Part shown: positions 11,006 through 23,147 of the stretch, piece after piece
How positions within the stretch are numbered: the stretch's first letter is position 1
Layout: the number at the start of each line of letters is the position of its first letter
Assembly: GCA_004431415.1 (NCBI GenBank)
Contig: QPMI01000655.1
Span: forward strand, 62,001-126,000
DNA from: Cyanophora paradoxa CCMP329
Taxonomy: Eukaryota > Plantae > Glaucophyta
Reading direction: 5' to 3'
DNA length: 64,000 nt
Translations under genes and position numbers: made by a program
The notes under the pieces: generated by a model
What the model saw: the letters and a program-made list of their open reading frames with translations, nothing else
Told to the model about the DNA's origin: nothing
Database searches by the model: none

Positions 11006-13152
11006 CTAGGGGGCGAGGGCGAGGAGGGAGCGCTTGCGGGGGGGGACGAGGCCCGGGGGCAGCTGCGGGGGGAGCTCCCGCCCGGGGCCCTTCATCTGTG
11101 CGCGCAGCAGCGGGCGCCTCAGAAGAGAGGAGAGGGGGGAAGAGGGGGCTCGAGGGGGCGGACGAGGTGGTGGATGAGGTGCATGGCGAGGGCGAACTCG
11201 TCGGCGTCGAGGCGCCCGTCCCGGTCCACGTCGGCCAGCGCCCACACCCGCGCCAGCGTCTCCAGCGCCAGGCCGCTGCGGGAGAGGTACTCCCGCGCCT
11301 GCGCCCCCGCGAGGAAGCCGTCCCGGTCCGAGTCGAGGTTCGCGAAGGTCGACGCGTAGAAGGCCGCCTGCTCGGGCGTCGGCAGCGCCACCACCGCCCC
11401 GGCCCCCGCCGCCTGCAGCGCCGCCAGCGGCTGCGGCGAGGCCGGCGACATCGCCGGCACGGACGACATCGGCGGCACCGCGGGCACCGCCGCAGAGCTG
11501 TACACCGGCTGCAGCGGCTGCAGCGGCGCCATCGGCTGCATCGCCTGCATCGTCGGCATGGTCTGCATGGGCTGCATCGGCTGCATCATGGGCGCGCCGA
11601 GGGGCTGCAGCATGCCCGAGGCCATGCTGAGCGGCGGCGCGGGGAGGACGGGCGCCGGCGAGGGCCCGGAGAGGCGCGCCGGCGGCACGTCGCTCGCGCG
11701 CGCCGCCGAGGCCTCGTCGAGCGGGGCGCCGCGCTGCGCGGCGCTCGCGAGGCGCAGCGCGAGGATCGCCTGCCGCCGCCGGTCGGGCTCGGCCGGTGCG
11801 GGGCGCCGCTGCGCGTGCGGGAGCGCACCTCGGAGCGCGTCAGGTGGCCCTTGCGGTTCTTGTCGCACAAGTCCCAGATCTGCGGGGGGACGGGTGTCGG
11901 CGGTGCAGGGGAGGCCGGGGCGGTGGCCGGGGGGGGGGGCGGGCCTGGGCGAGGGTCGGGGTGGGGAGGCCCGTGCGCTGCAGGAGGGCGGCGCCGGCCT
12001 CCTTGGGGAGGACGCTCCCGGGCTCGCCGGCAGCACCGCCTCGTAGGCCGCCCGCTCGCCCGGCGAGAGCGACGGCTCCGCCCGGGCGGCGGCCCCGCCG
12101 GCGTCCCCAGCTCCGCCGGCAGCAGCGCCCCGAACGGGTCGGCCGCGGCCGCCGCGGCCGCGGCCGGCGGCGGCGGAGCGGCGGCGAGGGCGGCGAGGGG
12201 CGCCGGTGAAGAGGCGAGGGCGGCGAGGGAGGGGCCGGCGGACGAGGAGAAGCTCGGGGCGGGGGCGGCGGGGAAGGGCTGCATGGGCGCGAGGGCATCG
12301 AGGGCGCCGGCGCGAAGGGCGCGGGGGCATCGGCGCCGGCTGCATGGCGGGGCCCATCGACGAGAAGGGGTCCAGGGGGGCCGAGGAGGGGGGGAAGGCG
12401 GGGCGGGGGCGGCGGGGAAGAAGGCGGGCGGGGGCGCCCCCGAGACGACGGCGGGGCCGAAAGGCGTCTCCTCCAGGGACGAGAAGAGGTCGCCGCCGCC
12501 GCCCGGCGCCGCCGCCGGCGGCCCCGCGAGGTCCAGCAGCGAGCCCCCGCCGCTGGGGCGCGCCACGGGGGCCCCGGCGCGCGGCGGCGGGGCGAGCACG
12601 GGAACGGGCGCCGCGGCGGCGGCGGCGCGGGCTGGGGCGGCCGGCGGCGGCGTGAGTGCCATGATGTCAGCGAGGAGGTCCGCCCCCCCGGAGCCCTGCT
12701 GCCGCCCCACGCCGCCGACGGTCCTCACGACGCGGCTCGGCTGCGGCGAGTCCACGCTCGTCGCCGACGCGTACTTCTTGCAGGCCGCCTCGAACAGCCG
12801 CAGCGCCTGCGCGACCGCGTCAGCCGCGGCGGGCCCCGCAGTGAGTCGGTGCGCCGACTGCGCCGACCTGCACGAGCTCGTCGTTCGCGGCGAGCAGCGC
12901 AGCGAGCTCGTCCTCCGCCTCCGTGGACGCGATGGCATTCTGGACCTTCGGGACGTCGGTACAGCGCATGCTCAGGGCGCCATATTGCGGTCAGAACAAA
13001 CGTACCTGGGGCTGCAAACCACGGACGGAGGCGAGCAGGTCCGCAATGAGAGTGTTTCTGGCCGGGTCCTCATCCCGGCCGAGCGCGCGAAGCACTTCTT
13101 TGAGCAGAGCGCTCGCCTCCAAGGCCTGAGAGGCCAGCGGCTCCCCTCCCAT
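11006..13152 (-). CDS. Endocytic adaptor: N-terminal GAT-like domain plus two EH domains
   Basis: N-terminus ASALLKEVL..LIADLLASVRGLQPQ|VQNAIASTEAEDELAALLAANDELVQ|ALRLFE is GAT-like. EH1 LLQRTGLPTPTLAQ|IWDLCDKNRKGHL; EH2 FANLDSDRDGFLAGAQAREYLSRSGLALETLARVWALADVDRDGRLDADEFALAMHLI. The linker has LLDL and DPF motifs. Confidence 0.85.
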
Positions 13153-13575
13153 CGCACAAGACCCAGGATTAGCGTACCCCGGCCACATCAAGTTGACAAG
13201 TTCGTCAGAAAGGCCGCCGCGCCTTCCGCCGGCCCTTCCCGCACAGCCGCAAGGGGTCCCTTAACCCAAAGCCGCGACCGCCGTTACCTTTCGGCACCTC
13301 GGCGCTGTCACTGGCAGCCGGAGCCACGCCGGCCCTTCGCGGCTTCTCCAGCCACCGCCTATTATCATAGTATTATGGATGCACCTATACGGCCGCTGCC
13401 CAAGCCCAACGCCGGGGCAATGGTGCTGAGGCGGAGAACAGCACGCTTCATCCCTGCGGCTGCCGGCGCCGCACCCGTCGCCCTTAGACTCCCCCGAGAT
13501 CAGTCGGAGCATAGGCGCATTCGTTCGCACACGGAGCTGCCGGCGAAGGCCGCGGGAAGGCCCGGCGTGCGCGGC

Positions 13576-14914
13576 ATGTGCGGAGCATCGAGCCGGGGCT
13601 GCTGCAGCACCGCGGCTGTGCCGGCCACCCGGGCCCCGGCTTCAGCTTCCGCAGGCTCTTCTCACTGCGGTGCCGCGGCCGCGGCGGGCCCCTCGAGGGG
13701 GCCCCAGGTGGTGGGTCTCAACGCGCCGTCGGGGAACCTGTTCGACTGGGTGCAAGGGGCGCTGGGGAGGGTCGGCGAGGCAATCTGGCAGTTCCGCTAC
13801 GAGACGGCCAAGCGCCGGCTGCAACAGTGCGCGTGCGAAGGCGAGAACCAGCAGACCGTCGACCGGGCCGTCGCCTACGTGCGCCGGCGCGCCGCCTGCG
13901 TCTTGGCCGGCCGCTGAGCGAAGCTCGCCGCAGATCCGGGCATGTCCGAAGGCGAACGAGCTGCTGGAGTCGGTGCGGAGCCGGCACGGGGAGCTGACGT
14001 TCCTTTGCGACACGGGCGAGCGCTGCTGGCTCCTCAAGGCCGGCCTCGCCGACGGCTGCCTCCGCTGCTCCCACTTCGACTCGCGCCACCCCGCCGTCAG
14101 CGGCTCACGGCACGCCCGCCCCGTCGTCGCCCGGTCCGCCCCGGCCCCGCCCCGCCGCTGCGCGGCTCCTGAGGCGGCCGGCAGGGGCCGTGCGGGGCGG
14201 GCGGCGCTGGCGTCGGCGGGCCGCAGGAGGGGACGGGCCCCGGAGTAGTGCAGGCGACGCAGGATGGGGACGAGATCTGCGTCCGCTGCGGCCTCTCTCT
14301 CTTCACCACCGTCGGCATGGCGCGCCGCCCGCCCCGCCCCGCCCCGCCCCGCCCCGCCCCGCCCCGCCCCGCCCCGCCCCGCGCTGCCCTAGTGACGGCG
14401 GGGCGGGGCAGGTGCTGATGGAGCTGATCAACGCGAGCAACGCCGACCGCTTCGCCTCGCTCATGGACCGCGCCCGCTCCGGAAAGGCCCGCCCGCCCGC
14501 CCGCCCGCCCCCGGCCGCCCCGCTTCCCTGCTGAGGGGCGGGGCGGGGCCAGATCGCGCGGGAGCAGTTCGCGGTGGAGTTCGAGCAGGTCGAGTACAGC
14601 GGCCTCCGCCGCCAGCACCAGATCGGTCCGCCCGCCCCCGCCCCGCTCCCTGCGCGGGGGCGCCCCGGGCGCGGGGCCGCTGAGGCCGCCCCGGCAGTGA
14701 CGGCGTGCTGCGCGGCGCGGGACTGGAAGCGGGAGGCGGACTTCTTCAAGGGCCGCTACCGCACCTTCGAGTCGTACCTCATCGAGAACGACCGGCCCCG
14801 CGTCCCCGGCGACCCCGACAGCTCCCACACGGGGCTTTACCGCAAGATGTGGGATGAGCAGCGCACCCGCGCATCCCCGGGGCCCGCCGCCCTCGACGAC
14901 CTTCGCTGGGACTG
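13576..14914 (+). CDS. Hypothetical protein, possibly organelle-targeted
   Basis: Consistent exon chain: GNLFDWVQGALG..VDRAVAY|IRACPKANELL...TTVGM|VLMELINASNADRF..GK|IAREQFAVEFEQVEY...HTGLYRKMWDEQR; stop at 14914, TGTAA downstream. Start codon is uncertain. Confidence 0.7.
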
Positions 14915-15551
14915 AGCCACGTGCACTCGGCGGAGCCCCTCCGGCCCTCGAGCCCCTCTTGTGTGTAACTTTCGCTTTCGCGGCTTAGCCGCCGTGTTGT
15001 ATCTTACCCTGCAGCCCCTTTGTTACGCGCCCCGCGCGCTTTTCTGTATGCCTTTCCTTTTGTCGCAGCTTTCGCTTCTGGGCGCCCCGCCGCCTTCGCA
15101 GTGCACAGATTTCCGTGTGTGATTGTATACAGGCTTGTCCGCATTGGCAGTCCAGTCGGTCGTAGGACCGTGTGTGCTTTAAATTGTCAGAATCCGTAAC
15201 AATTTTCGCGTAACAATTTTCGCACTGCCAGATCACTTCGCGGGTCCTCCGTACCCCCACTTGCAAGCTTGACTCTGCGAGCTTGCAATTGCTTCCGCAG
15301 CGCGTCTTTCGCCTGCGCGAGTGAGAGCTCGCGCGCATCCGCACATCCTGCAGCGCCCCGCAGCATCGCGCGCCTGCCATGCCGCCCGCAAAGTCCGACG
15401 TCGCCGCCGGCGAGAGGCGCCCGAGTGATGGCGCCATGGACGCCGCAACGGCGAGCCATCTCGCGACAGACTCGCAGCTTCACTTTCAGCGGCTCAAGTT
15501 TCGCCCGCGTCTCCCAAGAAGCCTGACGGGTTCGCGCGCGTCTTTTCTGGA

Positions 15552-18500
15552 ATGATGTGCCGCTCAGCGTCCGCTCGCAGGTGTCTTCAACTTTGAGCGG
15601 CCTGGTTAGCTCTCTCGCGTCGCGTCAGCGCCCGCGCGATCGCTTAACGTCGCGCGTGCTCTCGTTGGCACGGCAGGTGAGGAGACTTCGGCACAGGGAG
15701 ATGTCGGTGCGTCCTACATGCGCCTTTTCGTGCTTTCTCTGCCGCTCACCGCGTGTGGTCGTATTCCACCGGGCCCGCCACGAGTAGAGTTCGTCCCACG
15801 CGCGCGCTCGGCTTCCGGCGCGCACACTGACCCTGAGCGGCGATCGCAGAGACATTCGAAAGCTGTTCCCACGTACCTTCGGCCAGCGCGCCGTCCGCAT
15901 CGTTCCCAACTCTCGCGGCCGCATCGCCGCGGGAAAGCCGCTGAAGGTCCCCGCCCACCGGCCCCGCCCTCGTCGTCTTCATCTTCTGCAGATTGGCGTC
16001 GTATTCTCTGGAGGACCGGCGCCGGGCGGCCAGTGCGCGAGACGGCCGCCCCTCGGCGGCGCCCGCAGCTGACCTGCGGCGCGTGCGCGCGGGCGGCAGC
16101 AATGTCGTGTGCGGGCTTCTGGACTTCCTCCGCTCGCGCAACCGCGGCAGCGAGCTCATCGGGTGCGCACCGCCAGCGCCAATCGTCAGAGAATGTTCTG
16201 GATATTCTGAATCCGTCGAGCAGATTCCTTGACGGGTGCGCCTTCGGTCTGCTGCCGTTTCGCCGCGCGCCGCGGCCCGACGAGCGGCAAGGCCGGCGGG
16301 GATCGTGAACGGGAAGTACAAGCCGCTGCCCCCCGAGCTCGTCGCCGGCTACCGCAACCAGGGCCCGCCCCTCCCCCGCCCGCCTTCTCGCTTCGTTCCG
16401 GGGCGCTGACGGGGGCGCGCAGGCGGGTTCCACCTAATCGGGTCGGGGCGCACGAAGATCGAGACGGCGGAGCAGCTCGAGAAGGCCCTCGCCGTCTGCA
16501 GCCGCCTCCAGCTCGACGGCCCGCGAACCGCCCCCCACGCCCCGCCCCGCCCGGGAGCGGGCAAAGCCTCACGGGCGGGGGCGTGTGCGCAGGGCTGGTG
16601 GTAGTGGGCGGGGATGACTCGAACACGAATGCGGCCGTCCTCGCGGAGTACTTCATCGCCAAGGAGTGCCCGTGCGCCTCGCTCCGGCCCCGGCCCCCGC
16701 CCTCCCGCCTCCCGCTGCTCTCCGAGCCGCCCCGGCGGGCGCGCGGGTCCGCAGGACGCGCGTCATCGGCGTGCCCAAGACGATCGACGGGGACCTGAGG
16801 CGCGGGATATGAGGCCCGGGGCGCGGGGCGGCGTGCGGGGCGGGGGAGCGTGACGCGGGGGCGGGCGGGGGCAGGAACGAGTACGTGGAGTGCTCGTTCG
16901 GGTTCGACACGGCGTGCAAGCTCTACTCCGAGACGATCGCCAACCTCGCCGCCGACTGCGCCGCGAGCCGCCGCGCCTGGCACTTCGTGCGCCTCATGGG
17001 CCGCGCCGCCTCCCACATCACCCTCGAGTCCGCCCCTCTGCCCGCCCCCCGCCTCCCCGCCTCTCCTCCCGCCGCGCCCGCTGAGCGGGCGCGCGCGGCG
17101 GCAGGTGCGCGCTGCAGACGCACCCGAACGTCGCGGTGCGCGGGGGCGCCCCCCCTTGGAGCCTCGCGAGCGCGAAGGCGCGGGCAGGTGATCGGGGAGG
17201 AGGTGGAGGCCAAGGGGCTCACCCTCCAGCACATCACCCGCGAGATCGCCGATGGTCCGTGGCCCCGGCGGCTGCGTCCCACGGCTGCGCCCCGATGCAT
17301 GTGGGATTTTGTGCAGCCGTCTGCCGCCGCTCCGCCCGCGGCCTCGACTACGGCCTCGTCCTCCTCCCCGAGGGTCCGCCGCCCCCCGCCCCCCCGCGCC
17401 CCGGCGCGCCTGCCTGCCTGCGTGCGCGGCGGCCGCTGCGGGGCGCGACGGGCGGCGGGGCGGGGGCAGGCCTCATCGACTGGATGCCGGACGTGGGGAA
17501 GCTGGTGCGGGAGCTGAACGAGCTGCTGGCGCGCTGCGGCCCCAAGTGCTCTACCGGCAACGAGCCCGTCTCCTCCCCCGAGCCCCAGGAGGACGTCCGC
17601 CCCTTTCCTTCTCCGAGCCCGAGCCTCCCCACCGCTCCTCGGGGGCCCGACGCACCGGCAGGTGCGGGGCGGGCTCTCGCCCGAGTCGGCGGCGCTCTTC
17701 AACAGCCTGCCGGGCTTCATCGAGCGGCAGCTCCTCCTCGACCGCGACCCCGTGCGCCCCGCCCCCCGCCCCGGCCGCCGGTCCCGCGGAGGGCGGGGGA
17801 CTCACGGGGCGGGGCGGGGGCGCAGCACGGGAACGTGCAGGTCTCCAAGATCGAGAGCGAGCGCCTCCTCGTCCACTTCGTCCAGGCACGCCTTCGCCCG
17901 CCCCCCCCCCCCCCCTCCCCCCCCCCCTACCAGATCATCTGAGGGGCCGGCAGATGGAGCTGGCGAAGCGGCGGCGGGAGGGAAGCTACGGCGGCTCGTT
18001 CCTCCCGATCACGCACTTCTTCGGCTACGAGGGCCGCTGCGCCCTCCCCTCCAACTTCGACTGCAACTACTGCTACACGCTGGGCCACGTCGCCGCGGCC
18101 CTGGTGGAGGGCGGCTTCACGGGGATGATGGCTGTTGCCAACAACCTCCTCGACCCCGTCGAGGCCTGGAGCGTCGGCGGCATGCCCCTCACCGTGCGCC
18201 CCGAAGCTTGACCTCCACCGACTCGCGCGATCGGGAGCCGGCCGGCTGACTGCGGGGGCAGCACATGATGAACATGGAGCGGCGGGCGGGGCACGCGAAG
18301 CCGGTCATCCGGAAGGCGCTGGTGGACCTGCGCTCGCGGCCCTTCAAGGCCCTCGCCGCGCTGCGCCGCCTCTGGCTCGACACCGACGCCTTCCGCGACC
18401 CCGGCGCCATGCAGTACTCCGCGCCCACCGGTCCGCCCCCGCAGCTCACCCCCCCCCCCCCCCCCCCTCCCCGCCCCCTCCCCGCCCCGCGGGGCTGCGC

Positions 18501-18607
18501 TGACCCGCCCCGCCCGCCGCGGGGGACGCGCAGCGGACGACGTGAACTTCACGCTGCAGCTGCTGAACGCCCCCGAGGGCGAGCCGGCGCACTGCGCCAG
18601 CGCCTGA
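15552..18607 (+). CDS. PFP: Pyrophosphate-dependent phosphofructokinase (PFP, long type)
   Basis: [17 protein letters not shown]|[87 protein letters not shown]. The GGDD and PKTIDGD signatures indicate PPi specificity. The 5' exons and start are approximate. Confidence 0.93.
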
Positions 18608-18829
18608 GGCGCGGCGGCTGCAGCTGCCGGCCCCCGCCCGACCGCCGCCCCTCGTCTAGATCTTCGTCCTCGAGCCCCCACGACCGCGCCGACGTCCCCG
18701 CTTCGCCTTCGTGGCCTCGACGCCCGCGATGCGGCCCTCGAACGCTCAGCTCGTAGTGCACAGTGCAGCCGGGGAAGTTTCACAGGCCCAGGGACCGTAA
18801 ATACGCGTTCGTTCATGATCATTGACCAT

Positions 18830-19445
18830 ACGTCAGTTTCGATTTCGCCAATTTCTCTAGTTCCGAATTTCTCACTTCCAAAGTCTTTTAGACAATAAGG
18901 GACAGTCGCACTGAGTCTTAAATTTTAAGCACAAATCATACCATGAGCAGCGCTAGCTATAGGCCGGAGGCTGGCTCATGATCAGTCTCGAGTTCGAGGG
19001 AGCCAGCTGCAGTAAATTAAAGAAAACCTCGAGGCATGACCGTAGTACGTACTACTACGGTAGGGAGGAGGAATCAGTACACGTAGGGAAGACTGAGAAT
19101 CCGTAGGCGTACTACGGTATTTCAGTTCTCATCAGACTCTGAGGCTCTGAGACTCTCAGAGTCTGTTCATGACCGTCGGACATTCAATGATTGTACACGT
19201 GACATTTCAAAACTCGGAACTGACTTGCGCCCGACGGTCACTAAGTCAAGCGTACTACGGTACGCAGCCGGGCTAGTTGCAAGCTGAAGCCTGAGAATCA
19301 AACATTGCAATTGAAGGCAAACGTAACGGCATCATGGCATGGCACTACCCCTTTCAAGCTTCCGGACGGTACCGTACCCCTCCACACCAGTGCCGCATGA
19401 TGTCAAATCCTTCAAAAAATCCTTCAAAAAAAGCTGAATTGGTAA
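18830..19445. repeat. AT-rich non-coding island with internal degenerate repeats (probable decayed mobile element)
   Basis: Abrupt GC drop between convergent genes; repeated CGTACTACGGTA, CTGAGAATC, ATGACCGT and ATCCTTCAAAAA; no ORF. Confidence 0.45.
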
Positions 19446-19483
19446 TTATGTAAGGGGGGGTGCGCGGGAGGCCCCCTCGCGCC

Positions 19484-22183
19484 TCAAGGAACGACGCTGG
19501 CGATGGAGCCCGCGGGGGCGCCCCGGTGGGGCCCCGCCCGTCCGCCCCGCCGCCCCCCGGGCCCCTCGGATGCCGAACCCGGCGCCTCGGAGCCGGGAGG
19601 GGGGGCGGGGCGGGGGGCGGGGCGGGGGCGGCGGGCGAGGAGGGCGCGCACGCCGGCGCCGACCTCGGCGAGCTCGCGCCGCAGCTCGTCCACGTCCGCC
19701 CCGCTCGCCCCCTGTCCCGCGCGTCAGTCCGGCCTCGGATCGGATCGGATGGGATGAGATGAGATGCGAGCGCGCCTTGTCGTCACGGCGGTGGAGCTGG
19801 CGGGCGAGGTCGGCGACCTCCGCCCGCAGCGCCTGCACCAGCGCCGTGAGGCGCGCCACCTCCGCCGCCCCCGCCCCGCCGCCCCCGGCCCCCGTCGCCC
19901 TCTCCTCCACCGCGTGCGACTCGTCCTGCCGTCGACGTCGGTGAGGCGGGGCCGGCGAAGACGGCGGCGGGGGCGCGTGTGGGGTGCGGTGCGGACGACG
20001 GGGGGCGGGGCGGGGCGTTGTGGCGGGCGCGGAGGGCGGCCCAGTGCTCGAGGGCGCGCACTTCGCGGATGCCGAGGCCGCCGCGCCCCGCGCGGTGCCA
20101 GCGCCACATCGTCTGCACCAGCGTCGCCGCAGCCTCCCGGTACTGCTTCCTGCCCCCGCCGCAAGCACGTCGGACGGGGAAGCCGGGGGGGGGGGGGGGG
20201 GTGCAGGGGCAGAGCGGGGGGGGGGGGGGGGGTGGAGGGGGGCGGGGCGGGGCGGACCGGGAGGAGCGCGAGGCGAGGGCGGCGACGACGGCGGACTCGC
20301 GGGGCCCGAGGCGCGCCTTCTCCACGATGAAGCCCGTCAGGAAGGCGAAGAGCGTCAGGCCGATGGCGATCCCGACGGCGAGCACGGCGCGCCCCATGTA
20401 GCTCTTCGGGAAGATGTCCCCGAAGCCCACTGCGCCCCCGCCCCGCGCCCCGCGCCCCGCAGGTCGGTGCGCGGCCGGTAGAGGTCAGCGCAGGCGCCCC
20501 CGACCTGTCGTCATCGAGATGAACGTGTTCCAGAGCGCCGACTGGTATCCGTAGCCCTTGTCCGCGTACGGCCGCTCGAAGATGAGGAGCCTGCCGGCCG
20601 CGGTGAGGGGCGCCCCGCGGGGCGGGGGCGGGCGGGCGGGCGGGGCGGACCAGTAGGCGATGACGAGCATGGCGCCGAGGAGCACGCCGCACACCGTCGC
20701 CTGCGCCCCGGGAGGCCCTCGCGGTCGGCGCCTGGCGGGCCACGCCCTCTCTCCCCCGCGCGCACCAGCGGGTGCCGGTCCATCGACGCCCGGAAGACGT
20801 ACGAGAGGGTCAGCTGCGGGGGGGTCAGCCCGTCCGACTTGGCGCCAGCACCGGCCGGGGCCGTGTCGAGGTGGCGTGGGCGGGGGGGCGGGGGCGGGCC
20901 TTGACGCGGGCGCCGCGGTTGAGGAGGCGGGCGCCCTTGCGGTAGACGATGCTGTAGTCCCGGAGCTGCCCGCCCCGCCCCCGCGGGGCGTCAGAGGCGG
21001 GGCGGCCCGGGGCGGGCGTCGCGGGGGCGGGGCGGACGGTCTTGGAGAGGACGTAGAGGCGGAGGAAGACGGCGAGGGCGAGCACGCTCTCGTTGTACCG
21101 CCCCGGCTCCTCCGTGACTGCCCCGCCGCCACGTCAGCCCGAGCCCGGGCTGGTGGGGGGGAAGGGCGGGGGGGGAAGGGCGGGGGGGGGGGGGGGGGGG
21201 GGGGGCGGGGGGCGCCGCGAGGCGGCGGAGGGGCGCACAGACTTGCTCGACAGTGAAGTGGAAGCGGACGAGCGGGGGGCAGTGGACGGCACACGTGGCC
21301 ATCTCGGCCAGCATTATCCACCCGATCCCCGCCGAGAAGATGTTCGTGTGCCGGTAGAAGCGGTTCTCCATCCGCATCTGGGGGGCGCGCGCGGGCGGTC
21401 GGCCGGGGGCCGGGCTGGGCCGGGACGGCTGGCGCGGGGGCTCCGAGCTGGCGCACGGCGCGGTGGCGGAGGAAGGTCTTGACGAGGATGAGGAGGACGG
21501 TGGCCGCCGAGCAGAGGCTCACGAGGCCGCGCAGGATGACGCTCACGCGGTCGCCCCCCCGGTCGTACCGCGTGTACAGCTCCACGTCCACCACCTGCGC
21601 ACCCCGAGGGGCTCGCCGGCGCAGAGCAAAGCGGGCCCGGCGGGGCGGGGCGGGGCGGGGCGGGGGGCGGGCCTGGAGGGCCACCGCGAGGCAGGCGAGG
21701 AAGGAGATGGCGTTGTGCACGCGGACGCGGTGCGTCGAGAGCGTCACAATCCGCTTCTTCGCGAGCGCCGGGTGCTGCGCGCGTCCCGTCGGCCCAGCTG
21801 CGGATGCGCACGCGCGCGCACGCGCCGCTGGACGGGGGGGTGCGGGAGCCGCGCACGCCGCCGAGGTCGGACTGCGTCGATCGGCGTCTCGAGGCGCCCC
21901 TGTGGATGACGACGTCGGCCATGCGGTGCCGCCGCGGCGTCGCGCCGTGCTCCGGCCCGTCCGCGGCGGCGGCGGCCGGTGCTGGCGCATGCGCCCTCGA
22001 GGGCGAGCGGTCGCGCCACGGCTTCTCGACATCGACGAGCACGTGGTCCACCGCGTGCGCCTCCGTGTGCCCGTCCATCCCGTAGGACCTGCGCCGCTGC
22101 ACGACCGGCGCAGCCGCCCGCAGCCGATCCGAGTGGGCCGCCTCCGGGGCGCCCCAGAACGGCGACACAGGCACGCCGCTCAT
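19484..22183 (-). CDS. SK/KCNN-like small-conductance Ca2+/calmodulin-gated K+ channel
   Basis: Six TM segments, MLAEMATCAVHCPP, VFLRLYVLSKT, pore YQSALWNTFISMTT|VGFGDIFPKSYMGR, S6, RLGPRE, CaM-binding-like KQYREAAATLVQTMWRWH, C-terminal coiled coil. Confidence 0.88.
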
Positions 22184-23147
22184 TGCCGCCGGCTGCTCCT
22201 ACGAGTTGGAAGCCTGCAACGGATGCGCGCTGCCTTTTTCTGTGAGGACTTAGCTTTCGTCAAGCGCCTTGCAACCTCGCCAGCACAGCGATCCTAGCGG
22301 CTGGCTGTGAATGATCAGGTTCCGCCGTGCGCGGACGAAGAGCGATGTCGGCGCGCGCGTTCGGCGTTCGATGCTGCAGCTGGTGCGTTCGGCGTTCGGA
22401 GGATCGGAGCTCGGAGCACGCGGATGGGATGCGATTCGATCGTTTCTGCTCCTCAGCTGCTGCTAGATGCGCAGCTGCCTACGCCTGGATGGGGTGCCGG
22501 CGGCAGGGCGCCTGCATCGTCGGCTGCGCTGGGCGGTACTAGATAGCTCCTCCTGGGAGCTGGGCCTTCAAGGCGAAACTTAAGGCCAACCTCTCAGACG
22601 AGTCAGACCGTCGCGATCGCGATCGGCGCGGACGTCGACCAGCAGCAGCTGCAGGATGTCGATGTCGACTGCGGGCTAGCGCCGGCGCTATATAGCTAGC
22701 GCTGCTGCCCGGCCATCATGGCATGGCCAGGCTGCTCCTCCGGGAAGATCCGGCCCCCTACTAGCTATATATAGCCTCGGGCCTCATCCGTCCCTGCATG
22801 GCATGCGCAGCCTGCGCCTGCGCACGCGCGCGCAAATGCAAGCTTAAGGCCTAGGCCTGCTTCCGTGGAGCAGAGCTCCGAGCCTCGAAGCTCCGCTCCG
22901 AGCCGAGCGAGGGGAGAACGCGCAGCTTTAATTTGAAAATCGAAACAAGAGCTAGCGATATCGATACACGAGAAGGGCAAATTGCAAACACACTGCACGA
23001 GCAAAATACAGATTAAAACGATATCTACATTCTGTTCATGGAGCGCTCGGACGCTGGCGGCGCAGAGAAGCGGGGCCGCAGGGTGGAGCGCCCCGGGGCC
23101 CGGGGCCGCCGGGAGAGCGGGGCGGGGCGGGGAGCGGGCGGAGGGCC

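Noticed and set aside
14985-15437. 150-aa Cys-rich minus-strand ORF between the hypothetical gene and PFP
   Set aside because: AT-richer codon usage, no typical introns and no recognisable domain. It lies in a UTR/promoter region, though a small gene cannot be fully excluded.
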